DNA of 36,562 bases, from NCBI RefSeq assembly GCF_006345805.1, contig NW_021824674.1:1-36562 (forward strand). Reading direction: 5' to 3'. Source of the DNA: Octopus sinensis. Lineage: Eukaryota. Both the position numbers and the translations under genes were made by a program. Shown here in pieces: positions 9,972 to 22,278 of the stretch (position 1 is the first letter of the stretch; every line of letters starts with the position of its first letter). The notes beneath the pieces were generated by a model. It was not told where the DNA came from. It saw nothing but the letters and a program-made list of their open reading frames with translations, and ran no database searches.

Positions 9972-10138
9972 GTTTAGGACGAATGTTGATGTAATTTAGC
10001 CCCAGGAGACATCGTCTCCGGCTGGCTATACGACACGATCTGTGTCTTTATATTTTCGAACATAAGCACACACATCGCCCGATCTGAGATTTGAACCCGC
10101 GATCCCGCTGCTCTAACCACTAGGTCATGTGCCTCCAC
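9972..10138 (-). mobile_element. tRNA-headed SINE (E-type head) whose 3' part matches the retrozyme hairpin module
   Basis: Minus strand: A box tgacctagtggttag, B box ggttcaaatc, then gacacagatcgtgtcgtatagccagccggagacgatgtctcctggggctaaa (10046-9995). Confidence 0.7.
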
Positions 10139-10427
10139 TTTTGAATATATAAAAAGTGCTTATTATGCGATCGCTCTGCTATTCAGCAGTAGGTCATGAG
10201 CTGAACTAGAGACACACATTTGCACTATTCAAATACCTTGTGCAATAGAGTTGGAAGTGGTTTATTAATTATTCACACAGCTAAAAGACCAAAACAGCAA
10301 CATTAGTGATACTATTATCATTATCATTATTATTACTATTATCGTTGTTGTTGTTGTTGTTGTTGTTGTTGTTGCTGTTGTTGTTGTTGTTGTTGCTGTT
10401 GCTGCTGCTGTTACTATTGCTGTTATT

Positions 10428-10985
10428 AAGTGAGAGGGCAGTGCATGCCATCAAAGTGACACTGGGGTAAAATATACGAAGCCCAGTATACCCATCATGA
10501 CTACCCGTCTGATAAGGATACACCAGGCACATGCATCACAACCATATGTGCGTGACATGGTGATCTCATATCAAGATAAACAGCACATGACCTTGCATGT
10601 GGGGTCCAGTTAGAATTTTCTTCAGGTCGAGTAGCCCATCCCGCTCAAAAGGTCCCTGAATGAGGGTTGTTTAAGGATGTTGAACGAAACACCCATGTTT
10701 CCAGAGATGAATTATTCAAACCCCAAAGAATCCCTCTCAACACATGGCTATGATGCTTCCTTATTACTTCTTCTCGTGATCAGAGATGCACATATCGTCA
10801 GCCACTAAGGGACATGCTCAACTGGTTAAGGTCAAACAACTGACAAGCAAATCTGTGATATTGAGCAGAATATTTGCTATACCCCATATTTTATACCAAG
10901 ACAAAACAATGTACATGATAACACTTTCAATCAGTTAAGATCAGGAGCCATGAGAGCCACTGTATGGTACTGCATCAGGGCATTT
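10428..10985. mobile_element. ~560-bp unclassified element between (TTG)n and (ATT)n tracts
   Basis: Non-coding block bounded by trinucleotide microsatellites. It resembles an abundant octopus interspersed repeat I recall, but there is only one copy here. Confidence 0.35.
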
Positions 10986-11102
10986 ATTATTATTATTATT
11001 ATTATTATTATCATAATTATGTTTGGTTGTTGTCCTGTATTTGTACAAGTTGACTCCAAATCTCACCCATAGACCTCAACTTAGAAGTTCAAGTTAGTGT
11101 TC

Positions 11103-11853
11103 GGCGAGCTGGCAGAAACGTTAGCACCCCGGGCGAAATACGTAGCCGTATTTCGTCTGCCGTTACGTTCTGAGTTCAAATTCCGCCGAAGTCGACTTTG
11201 CCTTTCATCCTTTCGGGGTCGATTAAATAAGTACCAGTTACGCACTGGCTCGATATAATCGACTTAATCCGTTTGTCTGTCCTTGTTTGTCCTCTCTGTG
11301 TTTAGCCCCTTGTGGGTAGTAAAGAAATAGTTATGAATAGTGTGCCATATTACTGATCGACTGTACTCCCTCCCCGCAAAGTTCAGGCCTTACGTCTCTA
11401 TTAGAAAGAATTATTATTGTTTTCATTGTTGTTGTTGTTGTTAAGGCGGCGAGCTGGTAGAGTCGTTAGCACGCCGGGCAAAATGCCTAGCCGCATTTCG
11501 TTGGTCTTTACGTTCTGAGTTCGAATTACACCGCAGTTGACTTTGCCTTTGAATCGTTCGGATTCGATAAAACAGGCACCAATTGAGTACTTGGGTCGAT
11601 GTGATCGACCGTACCCCTCCTCCGAATTTCAGGCCTTGTGCCTAGAGTAGAAAGTATTATTATTGTTGTTATTGTTGTTATTGTTGTTATTAAGGCGGCG
11701 AGCTGACAGAATCTTAGCACGCCGGGCAAATAAATCATAGGGCTTTGGCCGACTCGAGGTTAAATTATAAAACACTTGCCCAAGGTGCCACGCAATGGGA
11801 CTGAACTCCGGAACACGTGGTTGGGAAGTAAACTTTTTACCACGCAGCCACGT
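11103..11853. mobile_element. SINE-B copies (11103-11330, 11445-11655, head 11694-11730, all +) and a SINE-A fragment (11740-11853, -)
   Basis: ggcggcgagctggcagaaacgttagcac head, B box gagttcaaattcc, two different 3' tails. Confidence 0.85.
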
Positions 11854-12298
11854 CCACTGAAAATTTATAATCAGTTCGTTACAATTATTCAGTAAGTTCC
11901 CCCTAACCGGCTAATGGAATCTTCCGGGGCTCATGCTAAGTGTGTAAGCTCGTCTATTGCCTTGGGGGAGGTTCTGCTGAAGATATAATAAAGAAGTTAA
12001 TGCAATACTTTATATTCGTAGTTGTAGAAATATTCTCGCTTCGCGAGGCAGAACATTCAGAAGGAATGTCTATGAGCGGAAATTCGTGTTTGAACCATTC
12101 AGTTATAAATCCATTATAGAAACGAATATTATTAGTTTAAGTGAACACATATACATTACACTCTTATGAATACAGACACCGTTTGAAGGACAATCCTTAC
12201 TATATCTCCAACTACAGTTATTCTGTATACCTACAGAGTTATTCAATATTGTCTGAAGTTTCATTTCCTTCTTTCGTTGAAGCTTACTTCATGTTCAT

Positions 12299-12339
<41 letters not shown>

Positions 12340-12404
12340 ATCATTAAGCTATCGTTGTATTTTCCTCATTATGTATAATTTTTGTACATTAATCCGCCTC
12401 AAGG

Positions 12405-12545
12405 TAACCCATGTGTAGCTGAATGGACTGGAGCTGCGTGAAATGAAGTGTTTTACTCAGAAATACCGTGCACATTCGGTCTGGGAATCGAAACCACGAT
12501 CCTGCGACCGTGAGTGCAACACCCTAACCACTAGGCCATGTGGTC
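12405..12545 (-). mobile_element. SINE-D head fragment
   Basis: Reverse complement of tggcctagtggttagggtgttgc...gtggtttcgattccc...cacttcatttcacgcagctccagtcc. Confidence 0.75.
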
Positions 12546-13505
12546 TTCTAAAATAACACTGAAAAAGAATCTGAAAAGGAATTCTAAAACCTCTCATTCC
12601 ATTGAAATCTACTCGCAAACCATAATGAGTTGACTACGCAACCCCGAAGCCGACCAAACGAAAATACTTGTAGTCAAAAGCAATAAAAGCCACCTGGGAC
12701 GTTTGCACCATTCAAGCATAAAGAATGACCTGCAATCAGGGGTCAGTTTCGCAATTCGCAATCGTTACATAAAGCTTATTAACAAACATCTCCAAGGAGT
12801 TAGTAACTTACACAAATGGGAAAAATTGAAAAATTCTACGAAGACTGTAATTTTCACATTTCGATAGCCTCTTCTTGTCCAAAGATTTCAATACTAACGT
12901 GAGCCGGCCGTATGGCATGGAACAAGTTATCACAGACCATAGTATAAGCAAGTAAAAGCTAAATGGCATTGAGCTGCTAATAAACTTTCTCAACATGGTA
13001 ACATCTGCTCTTTGAATACGCTAGGCAAGAAGAATTTTGTTACAGAAGACCAGATAAGGTGATCGTAGATAATTTCGGTATGCTGGTTTCGAATCTATAC
13101 ATTTTTTATTACGTTTAGATTTTGTGTAAATTGCAAATCACTTAGTAAAATTCCCTACCACGCCCGGATTTTGGTTTTAATCGGATTAATGTAATACCAG
13201 TAATATGAAATTTGTTTTTGAACATTAACGCAATTTTTGTTTGCCAGCTATGTGCAAACTCTAACGATTTTGATCAGTACAATTTAACCCGAGTTGGTAA
13301 CACTGATTTAAAAGCAACGTAACGGCCCAACGGTCAGTCGCTACGTGACAGTCAGGTAGAGCGGTTGTTGAAACTCTCTGCTGGTAAGCAAGTAAGCTCC
13401 CTGTAAATGACTTCATCAGACTATCTATTGATACGGTCTCACTTAACATTAAGGTAAATAAAATGGTGCTCCAAGTAAAACTGGGCCTTCTGTATTATGA
13501 CCTTG

Positions 13506-13928
13506 GGATCTTTTCGGTTTCAACGGCAGTTTTTAACATAATTTCTAGGTAACTAAAAAATTTTAAACTTCGTATACTGGTAGAATGTGTTTATAAAAAT
13601 TCTTTTTCTCTTGGCTTTATTGAGAAAATTCTATAGTTTGTAAGATATTTGTTGTTTTTTTACTTCAATTTCTGCAATTTCAACCAATCAATGACGTCTA
13701 CTGAGGTAAAAAAAACATACTGTGCCGTATGAATATGTTCCTCGCTTAAGAAACAGATTGGGTTTATTTACATTTCTGAAGATAAAAAGATACCCTTCCC
13801 CCACCCCTAACCCTAACCCTAACCCTAAAACAGATTGAAATGCAATAGATCGATACTAGGATCATAATTATGGGTGACAATTTCATATGACGCCGCTAGA
13901 AAAAATGCCGTTCAAACCGAAAAGATCC
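13506..13928. mobile_element. MITE copy 3
   Basis: Same TIRs. Degenerate 8-bp TSD tgaccttg/tggccttc (6/8). Four perfect CCCTAA at 13805-13828. Confidence 0.88.
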
Positions 13929-14270
13929 TGGCCTTCAGTGAAAAACAATTGAAGGTTTGCCGAATTTGAGAGTTTTCTTTCACAGAACGCCTTCATAAAG
14001 GATGGGATCACAGTGCAGGTAAGAAAAGTAAGCCGTTGCCTGCATAAGACTGTATTACAGGTTCTTTCTAAATCGTGGAATCCGTCTTAACATGAACATC
14101 GTGGTGAGAGTAATTGTTCTAAATATAGTTTTATTCGGTAATGAAACCCAGATATCTATGCATACATTCACCGGAGAATAGTGACAGTAACCTAAGCATG
14201 GTACTCACTAAACTAAGCCAGTCTCACTTAAAATGGCCCTCAGAAGGTCTGCGGTATCTTCTGAATGGAA

Positions 14271-15056
14271 GGCGGCGAGCTGGCAGAAACGTTAGCACGC
14301 CGGGCGAAATGCGTCGCCGCATTTCGTCTGCCGTTACGTTGTGTGTTCAAATTCCGCCGAGGTCGACTTTGCCTTTCATCCTTTCGGGGTCGATAAATAA
14401 AGTACCAGTTTTGCACTGGGGTCGATGTAATTGACTTAATCCCTTTGTCTGTCCTTGTTTGTCCCCTCAATATTTAGCCCCTTGTGGGTAGTAAAGAAAT
14501 AGGTATTTCGTCTGCCGTTACATTCTGAGTTCAAATTCCGCCGAGGTCGACTTTGCTTTTCATCCTTTCGGGGTCGATAAATTAAGTACCAGTTACGCAC
14601 TGGGGTCGATGTAATCGACTTAATCCGTTTGTCTGTCCTTCTTTGTCCTCTCTGTGTTTAGCCCCTTGTAGGTAGTAAAGAAATAGGTATTTCCTCAGCC
14701 GTTACGTTCTGAGTTGAAATTCCGCCGAGGTCGACTTTCCCTTTCATCCTTTCGGGGTCGATAAATTAAGTACCAGTTACGCACTGGGGTCGATGTAATC
14801 GACTTGATACCTTTGTATGTCCTTGTTTGTCCCCTCTGTGTTTAGCACCTTGTGGGTAGTAAAGAAATAGGTATTTCGTCTGTCGTTACGTTCTGAGTTG
14901 AAATTCCGCCGAGGTCGACTTTGCCTTTCATCCTTTCAGGGTCGATAAACTAAGTACCAGTTACGCACTGGGGTCGATGTAATCGACTTAATCCCTTAGT
15001 CTGTCCTTGTTTGTCCTCTCTGTGTTTAGTCCCTTGTGGGTAGTAAAGAAATAGGT
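14271..15056 (+). mobile_element. SINE-B with one head and four tandem 184-bp bodies, flanked by a 17-bp TSD
   Basis: Bodies start at 14321, 14505, 14689 and 14873. ggtatcttctgaatgga at 14253-14269 and 15054-15070. Confidence 0.9.
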
Positions 15057-15204
15057 ATCTTCTGAATGGACAAATGCAGTTAAAACAAATGTAATTGGGA
15101 AAATAGTTAAAGTTCTCCACGTTTCAGCATTCATGAGCGGAAAACACTTTTCGGATGAAGGAGAGTTGAATATTAAAAACACTCTTTTTCAGGAGAACTA
15201 TTCA

Positions 15205-15515
15205 ATATTGACATGGACAAGGAGGTCAGCTTAAAGGTCTAGAGACATCTTGAAACCTAACCTCAAAACGCGTGACATTTCCGATGATTGATGGCTGGAG
15301 AAGACTAACAATTATCCGATCAGAATAGCAATCGATGAGATATGTCGAAACAAGATGCTTTGAATAACACTGCAACAATCGGATCAAAGAGATTCTTGCA
15401 GCGCACTACGCCAAAGTTCAAGAGCAACCGTCACAACTAAAGAATACGCCAGAGCAGTCCATCAACGTCAATGCCATTTGCAAATTGGTTTGATCAGCCA
15501 TCAAAGTCGCCATGA
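15205..15515 (+). mobile_element. Old degenerate RTE-clade LINE 3' fragment
   Basis: Translates across frameshifts to GQGGQLK..RDILKPNLKTRDISDD*W and LQIGLISHQSRH, matching the motifs of the 25.7-26.1 kb copy. Confidence 0.55.
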
Positions 15516-15585
15516 CTACTGAATTAACATGGGAGAGAAAGGAGATCCATCGCCATCATGTGTGCGTGTGTGAACGTCTACGTAT

Positions 15586-15881
15586 GATGTATGTATGTAT
15601 GTATGTATGCATGTGTGTGTGTGTATGTATGTATGTGTGTGTATGTATGTATGTATGTATGTATGTATATATGTATGTATGTATGTATGTACAATACGTA
15701 TGTATGTATGTATGCATTCATGTATGTATGTTTGTATGTATGTATGTACAATACGTATGTATATATGTATGTATGTATTCATGTATGTATGTATGTATGT
15801 ACAATACGTATGTATGTATGTATGCATTCATGTATGTATGTATGTATGTATGTATGTACAATACGTATGTATGTATGTATG
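15586..15881. repeat. (TATG)n microsatellite with higher-order variants (tacaatacg, cattca)
   Basis: Direct reading. Confidence 0.95.
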
Positions 15882-16703
15882 TTCGAATTCTCTTTCTCTT
15901 TTTAATTTAGAGTACATTTTGACCGGCCACCGACATCAGATTTTCTAAACTTTTATAAACCAAGATACCGTGATCGTACGTATCGTATGAATTAAGGATT
16001 CCAAGTTCAGCCATACTTTGTTCCAGACATTTTAATATATATCTTGTGGCTCCATGTATGTATGCATGACGTTATACAGTTTTATTCCAAGATTTCTAAT
16101 CAGTAGGAAAAGAGCCGGTTTCTAACCTAGACCCAAGGTTCCTTCATTGATACTTCAACATCAGTAGGGTAGTTTTATACGTATGCATGTTTGTATGTAT
16201 GTATGTATGTATGTATGTATACGTGCAGATTTGTATGTTTTGTTTTATGTGTGTGTTCTCCTGGACATAGTTGCATATTTAAACAGGGTCATATATACTT
16301 AACTGATAAACTCCAGTTGATCATTTTACAGATTTTCACAGTTCCAGTGAAAGCTTGGATCTGTAGTCTTCGAATGAGCTCTCTCTCTCTTTTCTGGTTT
16401 TGAAAAGATTAATGTCTTAACATTGATATTTAGGCAATGCGTTACATATCCCAGTGCCCCAAGTTCAGTGTAGGCATTTTCTTTTTCGCTGGTCGTTAAC
16501 TTTATGTTAACACCGCTGGGCAGCTGATTTCTACAACTGTAAACAGTTTCTCTTCTCTATACCAAATACGTATGTATGTCATTATTCAGTTCTATTTCAA
16601 GATTTCTTACTAATAGCGAAAGAGCCGGCCTCTAATCTAGATCCAAGGTTCATTCACTGAAACTTCAACATCGGCAGAAAATGTTTGTATGTATGTATGT
16701 ACA

Positions 16704-16734
<31 letters not shown>

Positions 16735-16786
16735 TGGATGTATGTATGTATGTATTATGTATGTATGTAGTATGTATGTATGTATG

Positions 16787-16825
<39 letters not shown>

Positions 16826-16956
16826 ATATATATATATATGTATCTATACTAAATGAATTTGAAGTTGTGAGAAAAACTGCATACAATAATCTCAAATAGA
16901 AAATCCCTGAAACGTTTTACATAATTTTACTGTTCCTCTGCTCCATTGAATGTACG

Positions 16957-17016
<60 letters not shown>

Positions 17017-17017
17017 G

Positions 17018-17072
<55 letters not shown>

Positions 17073-18027
17073 ATACATATATATACATACGTATACATAA
17101 TGCACATATATTTATGTATATGTATATATTAGACTACCCCTGACCCGTTGGGTCACCGGGAAAGTCTGAGTTTCCCAGTAACGGATTTTGTTTCACGGGT
17201 TTTATCCGTTTCCAGGTTATTTCGCATGCATTCAACAAATGTGACATCGAAACAGCTCCTTTCTCCAGAAAAGGAAAGATTTTGCTTCTATTTTTGCACG
17301 CCCTGCTACCTCGTAACAGGCATTTTGGGTCCTTTATCGCAAATAGCTGTTACGTGGTAGCAAGGTGTGCTAGAAATAGCAGTCAAATCTTTGAAGGTGA
17401 GATATGTTGAATGCATTCGAAAAACCTACGGAAGAAAAACATTTCCCAACGAGGTTGCGAACGGTTTTTCTTTTTTACGAAATATTTACCGTATTTTTTA
17501 AGTCATTCTCACTTTGAAATATTTTTTAAATATGCCAAAGAAAAAACTTTTGTAATATTTTTCACTTGAAAATAATTTTAAAAAACATTAACACATTGTA
17601 TAAAGAAAGTTAAAAAATAAATTCTTACTGTACAAACAATTAATATTTTTGAAATCACATTCACTTAAAAATAATTCTAAATGATTAAAATATTGTGTTT
17701 AGCAAAAGCGAAAATGGAAATATTTACTGTAAAAAGCAAATCGTATTTTTTTTTTGTCAATCACTTTGACTTATCGAAAGAAAAGAGTTTCTTCCCTTTC
17801 AGGTTTAAATTAATTTCGAAGAATTTTCCCATTATGCACCATTTTGGATATTTACACCCCGAAGACCCCTAATATTTTCGCAACCACTTGTTCGATTTTA
17901 TTCCGTCCGTACTTACATTTCAAGGAAAACTTAATTCACAGTATTTTCCCATTATGCGCCAGTTTGTCTGGGTAATATTGCAAGCAAACAAGCAGCAAGA
18001 TTCAATCTGAATTTATACACACACACA

Positions 18028-18103
<76 letters not shown>

Positions 18104-18682
18104 CAATAATAAAAGGGTAAAATCAATTAATTATTAATTAATTTTACCAAGTAGTGCTCAGTATGCAAGAGGACCATTTGAGATATATTTAAAACATTAC
18201 GTTATATAATATAATATATATATATATATATATATATAACAATAATTAAAGGTTTAGCAACGAGTTGCTTAATCACATACCGAAAAATTTAGAAATAGCA
18301 GCCAAAAGACCGTTATTTCTTTTCGCTACAAAATATGACTCCACAGACAACCCTCTCTGTAACTCACACAGGCAAAAAAATAAGGAAAATAATGAAATCA
18401 AACAGTCTTCGGTTAATTATGGACGCGTTTCTGAATTAGAGTTTAAAACTCATTTCCTTATCAACATAATATTCCGATAGTTATAAATTGAAAAGTGCTA
18501 GAGAACTTACCCTTTGCATTTCTGACCAAGCGACATCAGAACATCACAGAAGGTAGTTAGCATATCCGAATTTATATAGACGAGTGAAATTCATATTTGC
18601 CACTAATTCCTACACCATGTGCCTCACGAGACAGTACCGCAGAAAATAGAACCACAGCTTTTCTTCTGTTTTTACCCTATAT

Positions 18683-18734
<52 letters not shown>

Positions 18735-18827
18735 TCATAGTAGTCAGGGAGATTCGGCGTCAAACGGATGTGATAAGGCTAGCCATCTAAATTACAGGTA
18801 AGTATGTATGTGTGTGAGTGTACAAAT

Positions 18828-18869
18828 AGATAGATAGATAGATAGATATAGATAGATACAGATAGAAAG

Positions 18870-18944
<75 letters not shown>

Positions 18945-18949
18945 CAGAC
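18828..18949. repeat. (GATA)n microsatellite
   Basis: Direct reading. Confidence 0.95.
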
Positions 18950-19209
18950 AGGTATTATACATATGTAAAACACTATAACCAGCAATTGACAGATCATACT
19001 AATATAGTTAAGCTGCTCGGAGTAAAGAGTTTAATGTACAAGATCTGACTGATAAGAGCTTTCATTACACGCAGTGTGGCGAAGAAAATACATTATGTAA
19101 CGCTTGAGGACATTTTAGGACGAAGTATTTTATGGAGTGTCTTCGGACGAAATAATATGTATTTTGTTGGACTCTGTCTTTAATGATATAAAATACACGC
19201 ACGGATACC

Positions 19210-19402
19210 TATATGTATACATATATACATACAAACATAGACACACTCACACATATACATATATATATCTATGTATATATATAATATATATGTATATATA
19301 TATATGTATATATATATATATGTATATATATATTATATATATGTATATATATATATATATATAATATTTATATATATATATGTATATGATATTATTTTAT
19401 TT

Positions 19403-19448
<46 letters not shown>

Positions 19449-19492
19449 CGCAAACACATGCACAGAAATATATTAGTCAATATTCATATATA

Positions 19493-19536
<44 letters not shown>

Positions 19537-19601
19537 TATAATATATATATAATAAATTGGCTAACTGGCAACATGACCATTCCTAAATGCAACAACGTAT
19601 A

Positions 19602-19644
<43 letters not shown>

Positions 19645-20094
19645 GAGAGAGAGGGAGAGAGAGAGAGTGTGTTGTGTGTGTGGGTGTGTGAGAGAGAGGA
19701 GAGAGAGAGAGAGAGAAGAACACATAATTCATGCATAGCATACGCATATGAAAATAATGTACATCTTCTGCAGTGAACTGCTATTATCCCGTTGGCAAGA
19801 AATCTACGAAGAGGATTGAAAATGAAATACAAATGACGAAGAAAAGAATAAATGGGAAGGTATTTATGACATGTAAAGAATAAAATCGATGATTTCTCAG
19901 TCCGTGGCTTTACCAAAATGGCGAATACAATAATATCAACGACATATGCAGATGCAGGTCGATTGTGGAAACGGTGGCCATTTTTTTTTTTATGTGTATT
20001 CACAGCAAAGGCTGAATAATGTGAGCTGATGCTTAGGCACGAAAACGGTATATACATGTATGTATGTATGTATGTATGTATGTATGTATGTATG

Positions 20095-20126
<32 letters not shown>

Positions 20127-20497
20127 TGTCTGTGTATGTATGTATGTATGTATGTGTGTATGTATGTATGTATGTATGTATGTATGTATGTGTGTATGTA
20201 TGTGTGTATGTATGTGTGTATGTGTGTATGTATGTGTGTATGTGTATGTATGTATGTATGTATGTAGTGTGTGTATGTATGTATATATGTATGTATGTAT
20301 GTATGTATGCATGCATACATGTATATATGTATGTATTTATGTATGTATTTATGCATGTATGTATGCATGTATGTATGTATGTATGTATGTGTGTATGTAT
20401 GTATGTGTGTGTGTATGTCTGTATGTACGTATGTACGTGTGTATGTATGTATGTGTGTGTGTATGTATGTACGTATGTATGCATGTCTGTCTGTCTG

Positions 20498-20530
<33 letters not shown>

Positions 20531-20740
20531 GTCTACGTGTGTACGTGTGTATGTGTGTTATGTTTCTATGCATTTATACATGCATGTATATGCGTATGTA
20601 TATCAGTAGGTGTTTATATTGTATTGGCTAAATCAGTATATATGCATCATATGCACGTCTATATCTATATAATTGCATCCATACGCATATGTATACGTAT
20701 ATAATGGTATACACATACACATACGTACACATGCACACTC

Positions 20741-20780
<40 letters not shown>
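19210..20780. repeat. Compound (TA)n/(GA)n/(TATG)n/(CA)n microsatellite region
   Basis: Direct reading; source of the long low-complexity ORFs. Confidence 0.9.
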
Positions 20781-20782
<2 letters not shown>

Positions 20783-20974
20783 CTAGAACCACGCTAATAG
20801 TGTAGTAGTGAAATTTAGGATTTCTCGGTTTTCTGGGAATCAATTTTGATAAAACTTTTCCCAGATGGTTTGCGCACTATGGCAACACCGTTGTTATGTT
20901 TTCGTTATTCAGTGTATCGTCCCTTCTTTTTTATTTCAGATTCTTCAGTTTTGGAGTGAACCACGCTAAGAGCG

Positions 20975-21974
20975 TCCCTCCGCGTAGAAAAGACCTTATC
21001 GATGAAGAAAAATCTGTCATCATCAAGGAAAGTGCTACAGGCACCTCTCTTCATGTCACTGCGGAGAGTTAAGTCGCCATGTGGACACGGTTAGACGATT
21101 CCCTGGAGAAACCCTTCACCAAGGAAGAAAAGATCTGATTGCGGGACCTCCAAGAATGTGACAGGTAAGGATTTAAGGAATATTGGCCGTAAGTTACGCC
21201 GGAAACCTGGACATACAAGCAAAGCCATTTTCACTGCCTCCGGACTTCCACATGTACCGAAAACCACCAGAAACCTCATCCGCGGGACCATGGCTTCCGT
21301 GCGAGAACTCCTGAAACTGCCTCGTCACAGGAGTTTGAGGTTTCAATGAGCCCAAAAGTAGATGATGTTAGACATAAGTTTGTTCTGTTCACTAACGAAA
21401 CCCGGGTGACCCTTGACGGACTTGACGGTTGGGCAAATGTTTGGGTCTGCTTTGGAGATGAACGTCACGAACGGTTACGACATTAACAACTGGATGGAGG
21501 CGTCGTGTTGTAGGCTGGTATCATTGTGGACAGAGTTTTTGGCCCAGTCAGGGTGCCTGAAGAGGTTAAAGTGACGCAGCCACCTACTGCAAACTCCTGA
21601 AGGAGGGCTTGGATCCCTTACTAGATGACATACCGCAGTCACTTCTCAGGAGTCTCGTATTTATGCATGACAACGCTCTCCCACTCTGCTAGACCACCCG
21701 CACATTACTAGAGTCTTACGGTATAGAAGGTGAAAGGTTGATGGTGTGGCCACCAGCATCTCCGGATCTCAACCGTATCAGAAGTCTCTGCTCCATCATT
21801 AAACAAGATGTTTATGCGGATGGACGCCAATTTACGTCGAAAGAAGACTTATGAGTGACAATCAAAGCTGCAGCAGAGGCAGTCCAACATTCTATTCTTA
21901 AGAAATTGACGCATTCCATGACTAATAGGGTTTTTTAAGTTATCCGTAGAAACAACGCTCATGTGGCTAAATAA
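20975..21974 (+). pseudogene. Disrupted Tc1-like transposase, reconstructed DD37E spacing (TRT-like)
   Basis: Manual translation across stops and frameshifts: VLFTNETRVTLDGLDGW (21388-), GGVVL*AGII, GPVRVPEEVKVT, FMHDNA (D at 21669), LMVWPPASPDLNRI(R)SL, IKQDVYADGRQF. 37 residues between the second D and the E position after repairing two frameshifts. The first D and the E are mutated. Confidence 0.8.
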
Positions 21975-22278
21975 GTCATTATGTCAATAAATGTTATATT
22001 TCGTTTTTGGTTTGCAAGATTCTTTATGAGTTCGTGTGTTGAAGCATATTCTGTTGTGTCTGGAGAGAGTAAGTTTCTTTTAGTGCCTTATAATGTAACA
22101 CACTCACCAGTAAAATTTCCCCTTTTTTCATATTTTTATTTTCCTAAAATTTTCGTTGCGTCTTGCAACCTTTTCAATAGTCTTGTTATAATATTATTAT
22201 AACAAGAAATCAGTGGCAGAAGTCACTAGAAAAACTCTTATATATTCGCAAACAGGCTTTGTCTGTCATCGTGATCCG

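Noticed and set aside
12670-12730. EGF-like peptide HSLCLNGANVPGGFYCF on the minus strand
   Set aside because: Cysteine spacing is incomplete and a stop codon follows immediately.
13805-13828. Telomere or chromosome-fusion site
   Set aside because: Only 3-4 CCCTAA units, at the same position inside three copies of a MITE.
18500-18530. Similarity of acttaccctttgcatttctgac to the retrozyme segment acttccctttgcaaatactgac
   Set aside because: Too short, and the alignment does not extend on either side.
19120-19160. gtc-ttcg-gac-GAAA hairpin resembling hammerhead helix II
   Set aside because: Core and helix III are absent; likely chance.
15512-20704. Long ORFs such as 19473-20312 (279 aa), 20060-20704 and 15512-15910 (MYVC/HTYI repeats)
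   Set aside because: They are translations of (TATG)n, (CA)n and (TA)n microsatellites, which lack stop codons in some frames. Not genes.
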